From IMG/VR virus record IMGVR_UViG_3300048578_000333, positions 1-38,609 of that record: a stretch of 38,609 bases of DNA, one strand, 5' to 3'. This DNA comes from a virus. Lineage: Duplodnaviria; Caudoviricetes. Below are positions 33,815 to 38,609 of the stretch, one piece after another (within the stretch, counting starts at the first letter, position 1; every line of letters starts with the position of its first letter). The notes beneath the pieces are model-generated. The model did not search any database, was not told the DNA's origin, and saw nothing but the letters and a program-made list of their open reading frames with translations. Made by a program: the position numbers and the translations under genes.

Positions 33815-35856
33815 CGGATCTCGACGTCGCCATCAAGGCCCGGTTTGTCAACGAGATGGGCTCGGGTGCTCGTGGCGCGGAGCGGGATATCGATGGCGTC
33901 CAGCGGAGTGCCCAACGGCTCGGTGCGAGTAACTTCGGCGACCGAATGCGGGGCCAATTGTCCAGGGCGGCCGCCGGTGCATCGGCACTGCACGACAGGC
34001 TGCAGGGCATCGGCACCACGCTGATCTCGTTCAAGGCTGGTTACGAGATGATCAAGCGCAGCCTCGCTGCGCCAGTGATGGCTGACGCCGACTTCGGTGA
34101 TATCGTCATCGATATCGCCCAAAAGGCCAACATCGCCCAAGAAGGCGTCGCAGGCCTTTCGGACGAAATCAAGGGCATGGCCGAGCGCCTAAAGTCCTCG
34201 CCGGAGGCGGTGGGCAAAGGCCTAGACGTGCTGATGTCCTCATTGCCAGATATCGATGTTTCCAAGCGCTTGATCGATCCGATCGTGAAGGTCTCGAAAA
34301 CCTATCGGGTGGAGACCGACGCCATTTCCCAAGCGGTCTTTTCGATGGTCAACAATCTCGGCGTCGCGCCTGACAAGATCGAGATTGCCCTCGGCCGAAT
34401 CTCACAGGCTGCGGCGGATGGCCGCTACGAGATCAGCAACTTCGCCGAGGGCCTACCGGGCCTCGCCGCCACCATGCAGGGCCTGGGACAAACGGGCCTC
34501 ACCGGCGTGTCCCGGCTATCCGCCGCCCTCGAAACCGTCTCCGGCTCGGTCGGCGATCCAGGCCAAGCCACTACGTCGATCGATGATCTCCTGCAAAAGG
34601 TTGTGTCGCCGGACGTCGTCAAGAACTTCAAGGATGCCGGCATCAATATTGCCGGCCGGATCGGCAAAGCGCAGAAGGAAGGTACCGACGTTTTCGAGGC
34701 CATCTACAAGGCCACGATGAAGGCGACGGGCGGCGACACGTCCAAGGTCGTGAATTTCTTCGGCGACAAGGAAGCGCGCCGGGGCATCGTCGCCCTGATG
34801 CAAAACATGGACGCCTATCGGGAGATGCGGGATCGCTACGAGGCGATCAACTCCCCGGACAAGCTCAACTCGGATTTCGATATGCGGATCGAAGGAGACG
34901 GCAACAGCCTTCGAACCTTTGGCCAACGATGGGACGCCTTCCAAACGTCGATCGGTCAAGGCGTCAACACCTATCTAAAGCCAGCCCTGGACACGCTGAC
35001 TGGCATTCTCGACGTATTCACTGGCCTCTCCGAAGCGGTTCCAAGGGTGACCGGCGCTATCACCCTGTTCGCGACCACCGTCGGCGCGATCGCTGTCTCC
35101 GCGTCAATCGGCGCGTTTCTCAAGCGCTTTGCTGGCATGGTTCCCGTAGCCACGGAGGCCGCCGCGCCCGCCGCATCGGCGGCGGCCGGCGCCGGGGCGG
35201 GAGCGGCCGCAGCCGGCGCCGGGGGTATTTGGAGATGGCTGGGAAAAGGCGCGAAGGTGCTTCCGAAAGCCCTAGGTTACGCCGGCCTAGCCTACTCCGC
35301 GTATGAAACGGCGGCGGGTTTCGGATCTGGGCTTATGAACTCGCTCTCGGGGCCCGGAGCAACAGGCGAAGCCGCTGCCGCTCGCGATAAGCAACGCTAC
35401 GACGCCCAGCGGCGAACAGAGCTTCAAGCCCAGATTGACGGTTTGCAGGCGAAAATCTCCGAAATCGTCAAGGCTGGCGGCCAGCACAGCGATCGCGGTC
35501 GCGCACAAATCGGCTACTACACGGAGCAGATGGACAAGATCCAGAAGATGATGGATCGGGTCGGAGCGACGGAGATCACGCCAAGGATCGATCCTTCGTC
35601 GATCGACAGCGCGCTCGGCAAGGTCAGTGCCCTCTCAAGCGCGCTGCGCGGCCTCGGCGGCCCGTCCTTCATGGGCAACTCTGCGCCGGCATCCGCCCGA
35701 GTTACCGCCCCAACGGGAGGCGGCAACACCGCGACTACCTATTCGGTGGCCGGCTACAATCCGTCCGTCGTCGCCCGACGCATCCAGCGTGAGCAAGATC
35801 GGCGGCTCGCCCTTGCGCAGGCCGGCGCGCTCCACGACACGCTGTCGTTTGCCTGA
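33811..35856 (+). CDS. Tape measure protein
   Basis: 681 aa Ala/Gly-rich helical protein with TP901-type core and hydrophobic segment; SD GGAGGA. Confidence 0.92.
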   Translation: MTDLDVAIKARFVNEMGSGARGAERDIDGVQRSAQRLGASNFGDRMRGQLSRAAAGASALHDRLQGIGTTLISFKAGYEMIKRSLAAPVMADADFGDIVIDIAQKANIAQEGVAGLSDEIKGMAERLKSSPEAVGKGLDVLMSSLPDIDVSKRLIDPIVKVSKTYRVETDAISQAVFSMVNNLGVAPDKIEIALGRISQAAADGRYEISNFAEGLPGLAATMQGLGQTGLTGVSRLSAALETVSGSVGDPGQATTSIDDLLQKVVSPDVVKNFKDAGINIAGRIGKAQKEGTDVFEAIYKATMKATGGDTSKVVNFFGDKEARRGIVALMQNMDAYREMRDRYEAINSPDKLNSDFDMRIEGDGNSLRTFGQRWDAFQTSIGQGVNTYLKPALDTLTGILDVFTGLSEAVPRVTGAITLFATTVGAIAVSASIGAFLKRFAGMVPVATEAAAPAASAAAGAGAGAAAAGAGGIWRWLGKGAKVLPKALGYAGLAYSAYETAAGFGSGLMNSLSGPGATGEAAAARDKQRYDAQRRTELQAQIDGLQAKISEIVKAGGQHSDRGRAQIGYYTEQMDKIQKMMDRVGATEITPRIDPSSIDSALGKVSALSSALRGLGGPSFMGNSAPASARVTAPTGGGNTATTYSVAGYNPSVVARRIQREQDRRLALAQAGALHDTLSFA

Positions 35857-35864
35857 GGTCGATC

Positions 35865-36284
35865 ATGGCGGATTTTCTCTCCATCGGTGGAGCTAAACTC
35901 AAGCTGATCGGGCTCCGGCCGACGCGCATATCAACGCGATCGGAGGTGCGCGTCCAGGGCACGCCGACCTTTTCCGACATCGACTATCAGGACACCGGCA
36001 TCGGCGAGCGCGTGACGACGATCGAGGCCAAAACCCTGCCTCACGTCTTTGGCGGCATGGATGCCTATGGCATTCTACAGGGGCATCATCTGGCTCGCAC
36101 CCCGGTGCAACTTGTCCGGATGGGAGCTAACTTCCTGGCGACCAATCAGGGTCAGGTTGTCATCCGGACGCTCGATTGCGACGAGGAAAACTTACATCCG
36201 GCTGACGGCGTCGGCCGCGAGGTGAGCGTGTCGATCGAACTGCTGCACGTCCCCTCGCTCAGGCGCACGTTCGGAGGCAGTTGA
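35865..36284 (+). CDS. P2 gpU-like tail protein
   Basis: Follows TMP; YQDTGIGER...LPHVFGG. Confidence 0.8.
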   Translation: MADFLSIGGAKLKLIGLRPTRISTRSEVRVQGTPTFSDIDYQDTGIGERVTTIEAKTLPHVFGGMDAYGILQGHHLARTPVQLVRMGANFLATNQGQVVIRTLDCDEENLHPADGVGREVSVSIELLHVPSLRRTFGGS

Positions 36285-36499
36285 TGGCCATCGTCACCCA
36301 CACGGTCGAAAGGACTGCCCGTCTCGACCAGATCGCCAAGCTGATCTACCAGACGGAAAAAGGTGGCGTCGTCGAAGCATTGCTCGCCGCCAACCCCGGC
36401 CTCGCCGGCATCGCTGGAGCGGTGCCACGCGGCACTGTCATCGCAGTGCCAGACCGACCGGCCGTGACCACAACCGGCTACACGAGGCCGTGGGAATGA
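36284..36499 (+). CDS. P2 gpX-like (LysM-like) tail protein
   Basis: RLDQIAKLIY...VEALLAANPGLA...PRGTVIAVP...W. Confidence 0.88.
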   Translation: MAIVTHTVERTARLDQIAKLIYQTEKGGVVEALLAANPGLAGIAGAVPRGTVIAVPDRPAVTTTGYTRPWE

Positions 36500-37554
36500 G
36501 CGTCCGCCGCCCCGTCATCAAGGTCATCGGGCCGGCCGGCCGCGATCTCGTCCCAATCTGGGGTAACGACCTCGTTCACGTGCAGATCGTCGACGCCGCC
36601 GGCCGCGAAAGCGACGCCTGCACCCTCACGTTCCGCGACGTGCCACCAAACTGGAAAGAACCGCCCAAGGGGACCAAGTTCACGGTCTATCTCGGCTGGG
36701 ACACCAACACGCTCACAATGATGGGCACCTACACCTCCCAGCGAAGTTCGTTCCACGTTGATCCGGACAGCGGCGGTGAGATGGCCGTCATCTGCCGCGC
36801 CGCTGACATGATCGACAAGCTGAAGGACGTGAGCAGCGGCCACTATGACGGCAAGACCGTCAAGGAAATCGTCGAGGACATGGCGGCAGGAATGGGCGTC
36901 GAGGCGAGCGTATCGGCCGATATCGCCTCGATCGTCGTCCCATACCGCCTGCGATTCAAGCAGTCGTCGGGCGATTTCCTATCCCGCCTCGCCGACGACG
37001 TCGGCGCCATCATCAAACCGCAGGCCGGCAAGCTCGTGGCACTGAAACGCGGGGCCGGCATGTCGGCCGGCGGCAAGGCGCTCCCCGAGATCGAGCTGAC
37101 CTACGACCCGATGTTCGCATTCGACGCCGATGTTGAGCCCCGCGCTTCCTACGGCAAGATCCGCGCAGGCTGGATAGACCCGAGGACAGGGATGCGGACC
37201 TCGAAGTCATCCGCCGGCGAGGGCGCCGGCACAGGCGAAATCATCCATCCCTACGGGTCAGAGGAAGAGCTGGACGCAGGGCTAGCCGCCGCGACCGACG
37301 AGCAGGCGCGCCGATCGGCTACCGCGACCTTCAACGCGCCGGGCGATGCCAGGGCGCTGGCGGAGGCGCCGGTAAAGGCCAAAGGTTATGGCGCCACGAT
37401 CGACGCCACGCCCTGGATCGCCGACACCGTCACCCACGAGGTCGATCCCGGCCAGGGCTGGACGATGGCCATCGAGTGCTCGGTCGGCGGCAAGAAAAAG
37501 ACGGGCAAGGGAAAAGGTAACGACGTGATCAACGATCCGGAATCGGAATGGTGA
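36496..37554 (+). CDS. P2 gpD-like baseplate hub (late control D)
   Basis: DAAGRESD, LGW, QSSGDFLSRLADDVGA, W..DTVTH. Confidence 0.9.
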   Translation: MSVRRPVIKVIGPAGRDLVPIWGNDLVHVQIVDAAGRESDACTLTFRDVPPNWKEPPKGTKFTVYLGWDTNTLTMMGTYTSQRSSFHVDPDSGGEMAVICRAADMIDKLKDVSSGHYDGKTVKEIVEDMAAGMGVEASVSADIASIVVPYRLRFKQSSGDFLSRLADDVGAIIKPQAGKLVALKRGAGMSAGGKALPEIELTYDPMFAFDADVEPRASYGKIRAGWIDPRTGMRTSKSSAGEGAGTGEIIHPYGSEEELDAGLAAATDEQARRSATATFNAPGDARALAEAPVKAKGYGATIDATPWIADTVTHEVDPGQGWTMAIECSVGGKKKTGKGKGNDVINDPESEW

Positions 37555-37566
37555 GGAGGTAAATAG

Positions 37567-37710
37567 GCCGCCGGGGCGGCTGGGAGACGGAGGCGGGCTA
37601 GGCCCGCTGCGGGGCTAGATTGGCGTCAGACCCGCAAGGCGAGGACAAGCCTGATCGCCACTCCGCCAGCGCCATCGGCGCCGGTTTCGGGGTGGCAGGA
37701 TTCGTCAGGC
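37567..37710 (+). promoter_or_regulatory. Structured leader upstream of com
   Basis: Hairpins 37567-37580, 37593-37607, 37608-37636 and long stem-loop 37649-37710. Confidence 0.45.
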
Positions 37711-37716
37711 GATACA

Positions 37717-37881
37717 ATGCACGAACACCGCTGTACCTGTGGAGCACTGCTCTTCAAAGCGGATTTGAACGCCCTTCGAGGGCGCCTTGAAATCAAATGC
37801 CGACGCTGTGGCCGGCTCGTTTTCATGAGGCCGATTGAGCCCACACCAGAGCGCCAAGAGCGCCATCTGGACGCAACATAA
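37717..37881 (+). CDS. com: Com-family zinc-finger translational regulator (54 aa, absent from the ORF track)
   Basis: MHEHRCTCGALLFKA...LEIKCRRCG...PERQER; its TAA overlaps the methyltransferase ATG. Confidence 0.85.
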   Translation: MHEHRCTCGALLFKADLNALRGRLEIKCRRCGRLVFMRPIEPTPERQERHLDAT

Positions 37882-38609
37882 TGGCTCGGATCGAACAATT
37901 CGGAACCGTAACTCTTATCCTCGGCGACGCGCTCGAAGCGCTGACCTCGCTTGAGGCTGGCCGATTCGTCGGCGTGCTCACGGACCCGCCTTACAGCTCG
38001 GGCGGCAACGTGCGCGATCGGGCGATGCCGACTAGCGCCAAATATCTCCAATCCGGAGCGGTCGGCCGCTACCCCGAATTCGCCGGAGATACCCGCGACC
38101 AGCGCTCCTATCTGGCGTGGTCGACCATGTGGATGGCCCGCGCCCGTGAGTTGGTCGTGCCAGGTGGCCTGCTCGCCACGTTTAGCGACTGGCGCCAGCT
38201 CCCGGTCACGACCGATGCGCTCCAATGCGCCGGCTGGATCTGGCGCGGCATTGTTCCCTGGGACAAAACCGAGAGCGCCCGGCCGCAGCTTGGCCGTTAC
38301 CGCAATCAGACTGAGTTTGTAGCTTGGGGGACCAACGGCGCCCGTGCGCTCGCTGGACCGGTCGCACCCGGCGTCTTTCGTATGCCCATCCCTCGGGTCA
38401 AGCATCACATTGCCGGTAAGCCGGTGGAACTGATGCGAGGACTGCTCGGCGTCATGCGAGGGCCGATCCTTGACCCATTCATGGGGTCGGCGACGGTCGG
38501 CATCGCTTGCATGGAGCTGGGGCTGGAGTATGTCGGGATCGAGGTGGACCCCACCTATTTCGAAATCGCCTGCGAGCGGGTCCGTTTGGCCTCAGACAGC
38601 GCTTTTTGA
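37881..38609 (+). CDS. DNA N6-adenine/N4-cytosine methyltransferase (beta-class motif order)
   Basis: TDPPY catalytic motif precedes LDPFMGS AdoMet motif; WDK, H...KPVELM, IGIE-like VGIE. Confidence 0.93.
   Translation: MARIEQFGTVTLILGDALEALTSLEAGRFVGVLTDPPYSSGGNVRDRAMPTSAKYLQSGAVGRYPEFAGDTRDQRSYLAWSTMWMARARELVVPGGLLATFSDWRQLPVTTDALQCAGWIWRGIVPWDKTESARPQLGRYRNQTEFVAWGTNGARALAGPVAPGVFRMPIPRVKHHIAGKPVELMRGLLGVMRGPILDPFMGSATVGIACMELGLEYVGIEVDPTYFEIACERVRLASDSAF

Larger units (their letters stand above)
1..38609 (+). mobile_element. Mu-like transposable prophage (internal portion; repressor and att ends not in window), Mu-type head with P2-type contractile tail
   Basis: Co-oriented, mostly translationally coupled genes in the order ner-MuA-MuB-GemA-Mor-lysis-gp25..gp37-tail-com-methylase. 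Confidence 0.97.

Noticed and set aside
37729-37746. Degenerate late-operator-like sequence CGCTGTA-CCTG-TGGAGCA inside com
   Set aside because: 3 of 14 mismatches, explained by the R-C-T-C-G-A codons, and no -10-like hexamer at the expected distance
1-38609. Mu att ends (TG...CA), repressor gene, CRISPR arrays, rRNA
   Set aside because: The window starts at the ner ATG and ends at the methylase stop, so the ends are outside it; no repeat-spacer arrays or rRNA-like sequence seen

Overview
The whole window is the internal part of a transposable (Mu-like) prophage in a GC-rich host, probably an alphaproteobacterium (host is inferred). It runs from the ATG of ner to the stop of a terminal DNA methyltransferase, so the repressor gene and both att ends lie outside it. 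All recognisable genes are on the + strand. The order is: early/transposition module (ner, DnaA-C-like HTH, ParB-like, MuA, MuB, second DnaA-C HTH, DUF3164, GemA, DUF2786, Mor/C-like activator); lysis (endolysin, putative holin, overlapping spanins); Mu-type head (gp25-gp30, protease I/Z, capsid T, gp35-37, G); a P2-type contractile tail (V, W, J, I, DUF4815-like protein, fibre, FI, FII, E/E' frameshift, TMP, U, X, D) interrupted by a thermonuclease moron; and a com-like zinc finger coupled to an N6/N4 methyltransferase in place of mom. The most interesting non-coding signal is a ~60-nt tRNA-half-like structure with its own convergent sigma70-type promoter directly after the MuF gene, whose C-terminal extension may be a BECR-type RNase (candidate protein-toxin/RNA-antitoxin pair). 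Other signals: a CGCTGCA-N4-TGCAGCG operator before each of three late operons, a ~160-nt multibranched structure after ner, and structured leaders for MuB, com and the methyltransferase. Family assignments come from motif recognition and synteny only; no searches or folding programs were run.
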